Shown here: positions 51,942 to 64,000 of the stretch, in pieces
How positions within the stretch are numbered: position 1 is the stretch's first letter
How the letters are laid out: each line of letters opens with the position of its first letter
DNA from: Squalus acanthias
Taxonomy: Eukaryota
Reading direction: 5' to 3'
Length of the DNA: 64,000 nucleotides
Assembly: GCA_030390025.1 (NCBI GenBank)
Contig: CM059433.1
Location: 68,820,001-68,884,000 of the forward strand
Notes under the pieces: model-generated
Databases searched by the model: none
What the model was told of the DNA's origin: nothing
The model's input: only the letters and a program-made list of their open reading frames with translations
Position numbers and translations under genes: made by a program

Positions 51942-52004
51942 CTTAACAAACAGTTCTATTTCAGGGTCCTTGTCTAACCCGTTGACAGGAGCCAAGCCAG
52001 CCAT
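51942..52004 (-). CDS. CLIC5: CLIC5 coding exon 1 (CLIC5A-type start), MAGLAPVNGLDKDPEIELFVK
   Basis: ATG at 52004-52002; 63 nt (21 codons) ending DPEIELFVK, followed by the donor AAG|gtagga. Same length and C-terminal motif as the CLIC5A N-terminus; joins exon 2 in phase 0. Confidence 0.92.
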
Positions 52005-52620
52005 GTCAAAGTGGGTTCAGGTCCTCAGATCCCTGCTGTTCTTCAGCTCAGAGCTTCAATAATCCACATGGAACCATTCACACATTCCCCCACCGGGACA
52101 GTTCCAGCAAGGTCCGAATACCATCTAGTCAAGCTTAATATCACCAACGTATTCCTGCCGTTCAAAGTAAACTTTCATTGAAGACAGGTGTTTAAGTCCC
52201 AGGCTGCTGTACACGATTAATGGTCCTTAGAGAAAGCAACAAGTGCCTCCTGTTTCTTTTTCCTTTACAGTGTAGAGCCCCTCTCTGACGACTTCTATTA
52301 ACTGTACATGTTCTAAGTGAGATAGGAAGGCAGCCAAAAATAGTCTGTGGCAGTAAAAGGAGAGGGGCTGGGTTACACACAGAGGGAGGAGCCAACCTCG
52401 GTCAGCAACCACTGATCTCTATTTATTTTCTTTTAACCTATTATTAGGCAAACAGCTGCTTTCATCTCACTGGTGTAATACTGCCACAGTGACAAACGCT
52501 GAGATTATTCTATATAAACAGACATTAGTCATCCTGACCCTTTCGTTGACAGAAACTAATACACAGCTTTGAAGAGGGTGTTTGCCGGAAGCAGTACACC
52601 CATATATATGTTTAACCATT
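52005..52620 (-). promoter_or_regulatory. Probable CLIC5A 5'UTR / proximal promoter region
   Basis: Apparently repeat-free sequence directly upstream of the ATG. Contains a MEF2-type CCAAAAATAG (52334-52343), AGATAG (52320-52325) and E-box CAGCTG (52453-52458). TSS not determinable. Confidence 0.45.
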
Positions 52621-52744
52621 ATGGAGGGGTGGTGGGGAGAACAGACCTCCTATGCATGCTAGGTGCAGTGAAATCAGAGAGAGAAAACTTCCCTCTAATT
52701 TCACTCTTTTTGCAGTCAGTAAACTGCCCACTCCCCGAGTTCTA

Positions 52745-53032
52745 GGGGTAGAAATTGGTATGCATTGTGCCTATTTTACACCCGAAAAATGTGGGTAAAG
52801 CATACCAATTTAGTAGTGGGACAGCTTGTGCAGGCGTTGGGCCCACTGCTAAATTCTTGGGGACTATTTTTTAAGCATCCAGCCCTTAAATATAATAATA
52901 TGGGGCCTAACTTCAGTTGAAGGACCCCCTCTACAAAATCTTTTCCCGATAAGCAGGGAGTTGCTTGGGCGCGCGCTGCTTATGCAGCGTCGAGTCTGAG
53001 CTCATAAATAGGCCCAGACTAATTTCCACCTC
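52745..53032. mobile_element. Harbinger-type MITE about 740 bp upstream of the CLIC5 ATG
   Basis: TIR GGGGTAGAAATT / AATTTCCACCTC; exact TSD CTA. Confidence 0.7.
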
Positions 53033-53384
53033 CTAATGTTTATTTGATCTGCTGAATTGTACAGCCTGTCAAATGACATTTATCACCCGGGATTCTTTTC
53101 AAACCATATAATAGCAGGTAACTGTCATTTAAAAACAACCTTGAGCCTCAGATAAGTGCGGCAATTATCAACAAATGCATTTATTTTCTATTAATAACAT
53201 TACAATGAATGGAAACAAAACAAAAAAAATCAGCTGCTAATATTTTCGTCCGTCTTGGTCTCTCTGGGCATGCAGCACCGTGAATGAGAAAGCAGCTGGG
53301 CGACTACTCCCAGGACTCCATGCTGAATTGTTTGCCAAAAATCAGGCAACAGCAGCATTGGGATGACTTTCCTCTTGATTTTCC

Positions 53385-53446
53385 CTCACTCCACGGAGGA
53401 AAGTTCCTGGCTTTTCTCTCACTCCACGGAGGAAAGTTCCTGGCTT
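53385..53446. repeat. 33-bp-period tandem duplication
   Basis: ctcactccacggaggaaagttcctggctt at 53385 and again at 53418. Confidence 0.85.
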
Positions 53447-53964
53447 CTGCTTGGGGGACACTCCACAGCAACACAGTTGAGATTGCAACTCTGTGAATGA
53501 GGGATCAAACTTGCATCCCATCACTCTGTATAACTGTATCTTGGTGCTCCAATGATACAGGATTCCTCCTCCCACACATCATATAAATTCTAATAAATTT
53601 AGCAAACCTACTGGTGCACAGTGACATCCGAAACACTTGGCCCAATTTTATGAGTTTACAAGGAGCCTTGTCCACTGGTTGCATGTATTGGGAATTTGCA
53701 GGTGTACTTGTCCACAATTTTCCACCCATAATTGCTGGAAGATCAACAATGACATACCTGTGATTTCCTGATAGTCACAGCTGGCTGGCGGGCAAGGTGC
53801 CTCTTCACCATTACTGACTCGGAAAGTTAGCCCCATCAAGATTTACCTTCAGTTAGTCCTTATTTTTTAAATTCTAAAATGATTGGTTTACCAGGGTGTC
53901 AACAAGAAAGCGGTCAGGCTATTTCAATTACAATATTTACCAACAGACCAACCTTACATTTTAT

Positions 53965-54195
53965 TTTTATTCGTTCCTGGGATGTGGGCGTCGCTGGCAA
54001 GGCCGGCATTTATTGCCATCCTTAATTGCCCTCGAGAAGGTGGTGGTGAGCCGCCTTCTTGAACCGTTGCAGTCCATGTGGCGAAGGTACTCCCACAGTG
54101 CTGTTAGAGAGGGAGTTCCAAGATTTTGACTCAGCGACGATGAAGGAACAGCAATATATTTCCAAGTCAGGATGGTGTGTACCTTGGAGGGGAAC
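53965..54195 (-). mobile_element. LINE 3' end, same family as 36800
   Basis: Reverse complement of about 37180-37400. Confidence 0.8.
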
Positions 54196-57100
54196 GGAGT
54201 GTTGTCAGCTCGAGTGAGTCTGCGAATAAGTATGCAAAGGGAGTCTGACACTCATCATCGGTACATCTGGTACTGAGAAAATGATAGAGCTTGGGCCATG
54301 GCCCAGAAATTATAGCTTAACAGCATCACATATGGTGTATGGTATACAGAGGTAAATTACAAGGTGATAAAAGTAACATGAATTTCAAGATTTAGAATTG
54401 CATATTAATACAGAGTCTGCATACTTCTCATTTACTACCTATTTTATGGAATGTTGCAAATTCTAATCAGGAATTGAACTTTCCACACTCCACGACCCCG
54501 CCATATGCTGCTGCTTTACTATGTCTTCATGACATCCTCCAGTCACTTCAAGCTGACTGGCCTGTGTTCATCAGCCCAGAAAATCAAGAGCGCCTATTTT
54601 TGGGTGCGCCGGGGGCGGGAAGTATACATACTGCATCAGAATGGGGAGGTCGGAGATGCCCCATATATTGGGCTTTGGACTTCATTATAATAGAGCTGGC
54701 ACAGCAAAACAGCCCACCGGCAAAGACTAGAGAAAAATCGGGCCGCTGCTAGCATCCTCAGGTAAGTGGGTCTGGTGGTCAGCTTGGAGGTGGAGGGGCA
54801 AGGCAACATGGGCCGGGGGTCCAGGCATCGGATGCTTTAATATGGAGTTGGGTGGGAGACTCCTGCTTCTTCCGGCTCCACATTCGGTTAAGTAACTTGG
54901 CTTCTTTGTTGCAGGCGATCGCTAGGGCTGGTTTCCTCGAGTACACACTGCCATAGCGCTGGCTGCCTCAGGGGAAACTAATCTTGGAGAGGGGGCCTCA
55001 AACAGGCATTAGGTCCCGTATTTGCATATGCAAAGGGCCCAATGCCTGCTTCAGAAGTGGGTAAAGGGCGCCTCTTGTTTGTCCTTGGACCTCATTATAA
55101 TGCAGCCAATGCGGCACAACAGCCCACCGGCAAAGACTAGAGAAAAAAAAAAAATCAGGCCGCTGCCAACGTCGCAACATTCCTTAGGTAAGTGGGTCCG
55201 GTGATCGGCTCAGAGATGGAGGGGCAAGGCAACGTAGGGCGGGAGTCTGGGTAGGCGGCGCAGTTCCATCCGGAAATGTGTGCATGCTTTCCGCCTGGCA
55301 TATTGGGGCCACAGTAGTCTAAAGTAGTGTCCGAAAGATGGGAGCTGTGCAGACCAATTTTTAAGCCAACATATTCTCTGATTTACCGCACAGGATATTT
55401 TTCAGATGCACCCATTACACTTCAGGCATCACGTGTAAATTTCTGTCACATTTTAAAAATAAGTGTAAAAAAGGCTGGTCATTCACTAATTAACCTTAAG
55501 ATGTATCCAACACAATCAAACTTTAAAATATGCCAGATTGCACACAGCTCCACCCTAGCAGCGCAATAATGCATTGTGCATTATGTGGTATAATGCTCCT
55601 GTCCTTATAAAACAGCGCTACCTCTTAGTTACAATAAATCGGCCAGTAATTAAATAAGTATGCTGTCATGTGACAGAAGCCCTTCTTGCTGTTTTGGGCT
55701 ATCTCAAATGCACAACAAACTTGAGGCATACCTGGCTCACTATGTGGAGCCATTTCAGTCAGATTAAGTGACCTTGATTTCCCAATAACAATGAAACAGG
55801 ACAGCAGGGCAGAGATAAGAACAGTTTGCCAGTCAACTAAACTCAATAGGGTAAACGGAAACACAGCTCGATCTCACCACTGAATTGTTCTACTCTGGGA
55901 TGGCAAACATTCCATGCTCCCAGCCTCAGCAGTAGCTTTCTATCGTCAGTGTTCAACTGTAAAGAAGAATATTTTGTCACTGCTACCACAGGAATACCAT
56001 TCAAAGTACCGACTGCCCAAAGTCACAGTTGCTGTATTTCAACTTTTTAAAATCAGAAATCAATGAATCTACCACATGCCTGAAGGTACAAATGACGGTG
56101 ACATTTCTTCCTAGCTCTGCGACGTGGATGGACTGGTATCACAGGGCTGGTGTTGGCCTGAATTTTAAACGTAGGCATTGGACAGAAATATCAGTCTTCA
56201 GTGGAAACATTTTGGTACATCATTATTTTCATTCTGATCTTCAGAATGAATATTGGTGTAATTTATAGAGAAGCAGCTTCTAAGCTATTGTACCTTATGT
56301 CCCTTGAGACACAGGGAGTGGTTGATGCATTTAAGGTATATGAGGGAGAAGGGAAGAGAGAGGCTTATGCTGATCAAGTTAGATGAGGAAACACAGGAGG
56401 AGGCTCGAGTGGAGCATAAACACCGGCATGGACTGGTTGGGCCGAATGGCCTGTTTCTGTGCTGTGTAATCCTATGTAATATGTCACTACTTTAGAACAA
56501 GGTAATTGGTTTGATGATTCAGAGTCTTATTACAGCGGATCCTGTAGTATTTAATTAAGTCTATACGTATTTGATGCAACAGACTTTCTTTATTTCTGCT
56601 GATGGAGCCTTTTTTGAGTAAATTTGTAACCCGAGAACTAAAATAAAACCCAATCTTTTTTTTTTAAAAAGAGTCTTTTTAAAATAAGATTCTTATCACA
56701 GTTACTTATAATGAGGAAGAGGAAAAAAGTATTGCTTAGGTAATTTAGCAGCTTGTAATTTTTTCCCCCCACATTTAATAAAGTCATTGTAATACTGTAC
56801 AATTAATTGGTAGTGTGCAAAAATGTGGCACAACCAATTAGCGTGTTTACTCAGTATAGGCAGTCTCAGTTCAAAAGATACAGAACCATCTAGAATATTA
56901 ATCTGACTATAAATAATGCAGTCACTGTACTAGGTAAAGGCCTCTCATTTTTCTAAGCACAGAACATTTATTCAGATAACACTGTCCTTTTAGTCCCATG
57001 AAATAATATTTAACATTTCAACACTGTTTTGGTTTCCCAATTTGCGAGAGTACTGAACCACCTGAGTTTATTTCTGCTTACATTTTGTGGTTATTGTAAT

Positions 57101-57667
57101 TTGTTTGCTGACCTCTCCTGTTTTAAATAGGGCAGGGTTTCAGTTACACATTCAGCAGAGATTAATTCTAGTCCGTGATCTCTTCAGTGATCAAACTCAT
57201 TAACAGAATGATTCCTAAAACACAGGCGTAGACTGATCCATTATAGATGGAGACAATTCCAGAAATGTCATTAAAGTTTCTTGGGTGAAAGCATTCCTTC
57301 TTATTCTACAGGAATGCACACAACTGCAGTTTTTTCTAAAATGCATGGCAGGATTCAGTGTTGAACCAAGTTATAAATTTAAACTAATGCAATTCACATA
57401 GAACACAAAATTACAATTGTGACTTCATCCAATTGATTCAGATGTGGGGATATCTGTGTGGAGATATTCTCCATCGAGAAGAATTTTCAGCACCAAGATA
57501 ACCTTGTCAACAAATAACAATATGCATTGCTCATACACTTGAAGTTTTCGTACATCAAGCAGGATTCGTCAGCATAATGCGAGATAAATGAGTGGTTGGC
57601 TAGAGGGTGCTTTCGGATGGCTTGAATTTCCAGAAAACTGATGGTTTTTGGGATAAATCAAGGTACT

Positions 57668-57996
57668 GCTTCTTCGACAACACCTCCCAAACCCACGGCC
57701 TCTACCACATAGAAGGACAAGGGCAGCAGGCACATGGGAACACCACCACCTCAAAGTTCCCCTCCAAGTCACACAGCATCCTGATTTGGAAATATTTTGC
57801 CGTTCCTTCATCGTCACTGGGTCAAAATCCTGGAACTCCCTACCTAATAGCACTGTGGGATTACCTTCACCATATTGACTGCAGTGGTTCAAGAAGGTGG
57901 CTCACCACCACCACCTTCTCAAGGGCAATTGGGGATGGGCAATAAATGCTGGCGTTGCCAGCGACGCCCACATCCCGTGAATGAATAAAACAAAAA
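57668..57996 (+). mobile_element. LINE 3' end, same family as 36800
   Basis: Homologous to about 37085-37400. Confidence 0.8.
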
Positions 57997-58069
57997 CCTG
58001 GACCAGGTGACGTACCAACTTTCAGTAATGCTAATTATTTTAGTAAGTCTTCTCTATGTATTACTATCC

Positions 58070-60560
58070 TGTCCATAATTTACCTCCCCTCTTTTAGTGT
58101 AACCTTTACATCATCCACTTCCTTTGTGATGACAGATGCAAAGTACTCATTTAATACTTTTGCCATGTCCTTTGCATCTACATGAAGATTTCCCTTTGGG
58201 TTCTTAAAAGGCCCAACTTTTTCCTTAGCTTACAATTCATATGTTTATAAAATGTTTGAGTTCAATGTAATGATGCCTGCTAATCTTTTCTCATAACTTC
58301 TCTTTGCCTCCCATATTAACTTTTTCAAATCCCTCTTGTACTATCCATAATCTTCCTGGTTAACTGAATCTGCTCCTGACATTTGGCATAAGCCTCCTTT
58401 TTCGATTTTATTTTAAACTTTTATTTCCTTTGTCATCCAGGGCATGTTAGCTTTGGATGCTCTACCTTTTCCCTTCAAAGGAACATACCTAGTTTGTACC
58501 TGAACTATCTCTTCCCTGAATGCCCCTCATTGTTCCGTTACTGCTTTATCCTGCAATCGCCTTTTCCAATCTACTTGTGCTAGATCCCTACATTAATTAC
58601 TGAAATTAGCTCTGCCCCATTGGATCAATCTTGAAAAGAGAAGGCTGAGGGGTGACCCAATAGGAGGTCTTTAAAATTATTTTTACCTTCGATATTTTCT
58701 GGTCTCTTTCCATAATTACTTTAAATAGAATTATGTTATGGTCCCTGTTCACTAGATGATCTCCTACTGTAACACACTCCACTTGCCCTACTTCATTTCC
58801 CAGAACCAGACCCAACACTGCTTCCTTCCTTGTTGGACTGGAGACATATTGATTGAGAAAGTTCTCGTGTACACGTATCAGAAATTCCTCTCCTTCCCAC
58901 CCTTGGCATTATGTTTTTCCCAGTCTATATTAGGGCAATTAAAGTCTCCCAATATTACTACTCTATTTCTGTTACACACCTTCTCAAGGTATCGAACCTT
59001 GGTTAGACCACACTTGTGGAGTACTGTGTACATTTCTGGTCACCATATTATAAAAAGGATAGAAGCACTGGAGAGGGTACCAAAAAAGATTTACAAGGAT
59101 GATACCAGAAATGCGAGGTTATACCCATCAGGAAAGAATGAACAGCCTGGGTCTCTTTTCTCTTGAAAAGAGAAGGCTGAGGGGGTGACCTAATAGGAGG
59201 TCTTTTAAAATTATGAAAGGTTTTGATGGTATAGACACAGAAAGAGTGTTTCCACTTGTGGGGAAGAGCAAAATTAGAGGCCATTAATATAAAATATAAT
59301 CCTACAATAGTCACCAAGAAATCAAAGAAGGAATTCAGAAAAAACTTCTTCACCCAGAGAGTGGTGAGAATGTGGAACTCGCTACCACAGGGAGTGGTTG
59401 AAGCGAATAATATAGATGCATTTAAGGGGAGGCTTGATAAGCATGTGGGGGAGAAGGGTATAGAGGGTTATGCTGACAGAGTTAGATTAGATGAGGAAAG
59501 ATGGGAGGAGGCTCGAGTGGAGCATAAACACCAGCATGGACTGGTTGGGCCGAAAGGCCTGTTTATATGCTGTATATCCTATGTAATCACTGATGGGGCT
59601 TTATATAAAAAAAATGTAACTGCTCCTCCTCTGTTCCTCAACTCAAGCCAAATAGATTCAGTCCTAGAACCATCTAGTATATAATTTCTACTTAGAACTG
59701 TAACATCATCCTTAATCAATACTGCCATGCCGCTTCCTCTTTTTCCTTCTCAATTATTCCTGGACACTTGGTAACCAGGAATATTAAGAACCCATTCCTG
59801 GCCTTGCTTAAGCCATGTCTGTTAAAGCAACCATGTCATAATCCCATGTAGCAATTTGTGGCTGCAGCTCACCAACTTTATTAGTTACACTACGGTCAGT
59901 GACGTACAATTTAATAACTCCTTTGTCACTTTTGCTATTTTCCTCAATCAAGTCCCTGAAATTTTTGGGATATTTCTAATTTTACTGCGGTTTATATCTC
60001 TCTGTTCCCTGATCTCATTTCTGCTCCTTTCTGCTATTTTCTGGTTCCCCGCCCCCTGCCAAATTAGTTTAAACCCTCCCTAACAGTACTAGTTAACCTC
60101 TCAGTGAGAACATTGGTCCCAGCTTTATTCAGGTGCAACTCGTCTATCTTGTACAGGCACCCCTTCCCCCAGAACCGGTCCCAATGCCCCAAGAACCTGA
60201 AACCCTCCCTCCTGCACCACTTCTCCAGCCACGCATTTAACTGCACTATCTTCCTGCTTCTATACTCACTAGCACGTGGCACTGGGAGTGATCCTGAGAT
60301 TACTACCTTTGAGGTCCTGGTTTTTTTTTCCCAATCTTTTTCCTAACTCCTGAAACTCTGCCTGAAGGACCTCAACACTTTTCCTACCTATGTCATTGGT
60401 TCCAACATGGACCAGGACTTCTGGCTGTTCCCTTTCCCCTGGCAGAATGCCCTGCACCAGGTCGGTGATATCCTGTACCCTGGCAGCAGGGAGGTAACAT
60501 ACTATTTGGGAATAATGTTTGCAGTTTCAGAAACGTCTGTCTATGCCCCGAACTATCAAA
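58070..60560 (-). mobile_element. Decayed CR1 (ORF1 esterase plus ORF2 endonuclease), interrupted by a plus-strand CR1 3' end
   Basis: Minus strand: VLVHVGTNDIG, LNAWLEKWCRREGFRFLGHW, LVLGNE, DHNII. Confidence 0.78.
58985..59587 (+). mobile_element. CR1 LINE 3' end
   Basis: YRTLVRPHL, KNFFTQRVVRMWNSLPQGVVEA; tail TATATCCTATGTAAT. Short copies of the same tail at about 30947, 35385 and 56310. Confidence 0.85.
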
Positions 60561-61869
60561 CTTGTTGTTATAGATCTCCTGGATAGGACAACAGGATAGA
60601 CAGACAAATGTTTTTGCAGATCAGGGATAACTGTAAAAGGCCCAGAATGGTAATCATGAGGGTTTTAGTTGCTCAGATACATTGACTGAGAAAATAGCAG
60701 AGAAAAAAATAAAAATAAATGTACAAAGAGGAATTTCACAAGCTCGTGCAATGGTTGGGACCCTCACCTGGAGACGTACATACCGAGAATTTGGGTATGT
60801 CAATCAGTCCATGGTCAGTGCTATTCTGGATCTAATTTTCAGTAATAATCCAGCTACAGTACATAAGATAGAAGTATTGGAGAATGGAAATACTCATGAA
60901 GGCATGCAATATAGACAGTAAGAAAAAGATACCGGCACTTAAAGACTGAGGCAATGCAGGAGGAGTTACATAGATTAAGTAAAACACAATTATGCTTGAA
61001 AATCTACAGAAGAAAAGTAGGAGCTATTTATTATGCTTATGTTGGGGAGACAATAATCAAAATATATTAAGGAGCAACAAAGAAAAGGTGATTCAAAATA
61101 ACGATGTAAATATTAAGGATAAATAGAAGGCTTTATCCTTCTAGTTATCCTTTAATGTGGACAACCAGGCCTCTAAATTCAGCAGTAGTGTAGTCCCTCC
61201 AGTAACTCTAATCTCTTTCTGTAATATGGAAACTGAACACAATACTCTAAAATCTCACCAAAATCAAATTAAACTTTATCACCTCTTTAGATTTGTAAGT
61301 CACACTCCTGCCTAAACTTTCCAACATTCTATTTGCTTTCTTCACAGTCTACGAACACGGAACCAATGACTTTAATGACCTATCCACTATAACCCTAGAT
61401 CTCTTTCCATGTTACCTCAAGCACATCACCACATATCATATCCTCCATAATGAAAGAAAAGTGAGTGATTCAGCACCTACTCAACACCCCGAGTTAATAG
61501 TCAATAAAGGCTGATAAGAGTTTGTGGGTGTGTACTGTGTAGTGTGGGACTGAACCATACAGAAAATAAATTAATTATTAGTCTGTGCTGAGATGGACCC
61601 TACTGCTATTCAGTAGAGACCAACAGTTGACCTCAGTATCCTTAGACCACCATTACAGACCAGGAGGCCTTCAGGTTTTATCCCTAGCTTTTTCCGTGTA
61701 ACCTGATCTCATCTGAGATAGCAATTGGTCTTAGTTAGGAAAAGGGTAAATAAAATTAGCCGACCACCATCTAGAAATTCCAGCAGGAAAAGTATGTGTA
61801 GCTACTGGATGAGGACAGGATTAAGTTCTCCTATGAAACTGAATAACTTCTCAATAATTACAGTTCTAA

Positions 61870-63588
61870 TCTTGGCCCCCTTCTGTTCCTCATCTATGTG
61901 CTGCCCCTTAGCTTTACCTCTCCACCACTGTTTCGATCCCTCCACTGCCTCGGTGTTGTCAGACTGCTTCTCTGAAATACAGTCTTGGATGAGTTACAAT
62001 TTCTTCCAGTTAAACATTGGGAAGACCAAAGTCATCGTTGTCAGCCACCAGCACAAAGTCTGTATCCTTGCCATAGATTCCATCTCCCTCCCCAGTCAAT
62101 GTCTCAGCTTGACTCAGACTATTCACAACCGCGGTGTCTTATTCAACCCTGACCTGAGCTTTCAACCCCATATCCTCGTCATCACAAAGATCGCCGACTT
62201 CCACCTCTGCTCCCATCTCAGCCCGTCAGCTGCTGAAAGCTCTCCTGGCCAGCCTCCCATATTTCACTTTCTGTAAACTTCCATATTCATCCAAAACTCT
62301 GCTGTTCCTATCCTATACCAAGTCATGCTCACCCACATTCTCTGTTCTTGCTGACCTACATTGGCTTCCGGTCCCAAACACCTCCAATTTAAAACTCTCA
62401 TCCTCATGTTTAAGTCCCTTCATGGCCTTGGCCCTCCTCATCTCTTTAACCTCCTCCAGACCTTCAACTCCTCCCAAACTCTCCATTCCTCTTACTCTCG
62501 TCTTGCGTATTCTGTCCTCCTTTCGCCCCACCATTGGTAGTTGTGCTTTCAGCAACCTAGGCATTACGTACTGGAATTCCTTCCCTGAAACACTCTGGCC
62601 GGAATTTTGCTGGCGCTCAGGGGGCGGGACCTCTGGGAAAATCGCAAAGATTGACAGCGGGCAGGAAACCCGGTCAACCCGCCTCCAATCAATCTTCCCA
62701 AGTGTCGGGTCCCCGATTTGCGCAAGGACCCGACACCTAGCGGCAGGAAGAGGATTATAGCCACTTACCTGCCTGTTAAAGGTTGGCTCTTTTTCAATTT
62801 TGATACTTCTACTTCGAGCTTCCCGACATCCGGACACCACGCCAGGTAAGTATGGCGTGTTGTGAGTCTGCTGTAATGTTTCTGCATTGATGACAGCTGC
62901 AGAAGTGGTGTGAAGGATCCAATGGTGCACTGGTGAGTTTCAGAGGTAAGGAAATGTTGGGAAATTCATTTTGAATGCATTTAGACTTTTCTGTAGGTAA
63001 CAAGTTTTGAATTGTATGTCTAGTCCCACCTCATTGGGAGAACCTCTCTCACCAGTGACAGATCGCTTCTGTAACCTCACCTGCACCTGCCATCTGTTCT
63101 AGCCGAAGGAGCAAGTCACTGAGAGCCTAGGTGCAAGAACTCACCCGGCGAACAGTGATTGTCAGTGTTTGCAGCACCTCAATGCTGGCAAACACTGAGA
63201 AATCAGCCGTCAAAAAAAAAATTGTGCGTGGTCCCTTTAAGAAAACCGGCAGATGATATGTCATCAAATGATGTCATCTGACTGACTTCGTCTTAATTGG
63301 CCGGCAAACCCGCAGGGCGGGCTTAACAAGGCCAATCGACGTAAAATCATGTCTGTGGGCCGGATGAAGTTGGGGGCGGGACTGGAACCCGGAAGCCACC
63401 TGACCCGCTCCCAAGCCGCATCGATCGAGAAAATCGTGACCTCTGTCTCTTGACAACCCTGACTAAGGTTTTGATCACACCTCCCAATATCTTCTTCGGT
63501 TCAATGTCAATTTTTTTAATTACATGTCTGTGAAGCCTTGGGACATTTGAGACGTTAAACGCATTGTATATAAATGCAAGTTGTAGTG
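61870..63588 (+). mobile_element. L2 LINE 3' part split by a family B insertion
   Basis: WMSYNFFQLNIGKTKVI; tail GTATATAAATGCAAGTTGT at about 63566-63585. Confidence 0.78.
62597..63441 (-). mobile_element. Non-autonomous Harbinger family B (copy 2, inverted)
   Basis: TIR GGCCGGAATTTT / AAAATCGTGACC; exact TSD TCT; reverse complement of 7362-8242. Confidence 0.88.
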
Positions 63589-63823
63589 TCACATGTGAAG
63601 AATGACCACTTGGGAAAAGCAGCAGATGGCTGGTGCCCTTGGAACCATCTCCCAGCACCAGTCAACATTTTAAGGAGGGGTTGGGGGGAGCACGGGGAGA
63701 GAATAGTGGATTAGGGAAGTTGTACATTGGTAAAAGGCATAACCAAGACTGGACTACAATCTTATTATCGTTTGGAACTATGAGCCTGGTTAAAACTCAC
63801 TATTGGAGGAGGTAACACTCATT

Positions 63824-63961
63824 GGGGGTAATTTTAACTGAGCGATGGCTGCCCATTATATGCCCCACCCAAATTCCCTTCCATTGAATGGAAAGGAAAA
63901 TCAGGTGTGGTGTATAATGGGCGACTAACCATTTGACATCACCCAAAGTTAAAATTACCCC
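63824..63961. mobile_element. Short palindromic Harbinger-type MITE
   Basis: TIR GGGGTAATTTTAACT / AGTTAAAATTACCCC; TSD ATT; self-complementary interior. Confidence 0.75.
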
Positions 63962-64000
63962 ATTAAATCTGAATTTGCAATTTAATGACATTGCCAATGT

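Noticed and set aside
3358-52004. CLIC4 or CLIC6 identity
   Set aside because: AGIDGES, ADLHNL, FLTFNG, EETL, AGIDIF and the 21-codon first exon all fit CLIC5.
52005-64000. CLIC5B long alternative first exon
   Set aside because: I saw no minus-strand ORF ending in LFVK|gt in this interval; if it exists it lies further upstream.
1-64000. CRISPR arrays, rRNA/tRNA genes, other host genes among the short ORFs
   Set aside because: No repeat-spacer arrays or cloverleafs were seen. tRNA-like boxes belong to SINE heads, and the short ORFs map to repeats or look random.

Overview
Vertebrate genomic DNA, probably from a cartilaginous fish (inferred from the repeat spectrum). It holds the 5' two-thirds of a minus-strand CLIC5 (chloride intracellular channel 5) gene. 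Four coding exons are present (52004-51942, 12971-12862, 8736-8611, 3464-3358), with canonical GT-AG sites and a continuous frame. Intron 1 is about 39 kb; the remaining exons should lie to the left of the window. The rest is mostly transposon-derived: a near full-length decayed CR1 LINE, many CR1/L2 fragments, SINEs, two decayed PIF/Harbinger elements (transposase plus Myb/SANT gene), non-autonomous Harbinger derivatives/MITEs with 3-bp TSDs, Penelope-like fragments, and a C-rich minisatellite spanning a 500-N gap. The most unusual observations are: (1) a TSD-flanked 192-bp palindrome carrying two back-to-back minimal hammerhead ribozyme cores; (2) non-autonomous Harbinger families built from serial hairpins that covary between copies and carry clustered U1/5'-splice-site motifs; (3) a frame-preserving 24-bp micro-inversion in the CR1 RT. 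All calls were made by eye; family names are not database-verified and many repeat boundaries are approximate.
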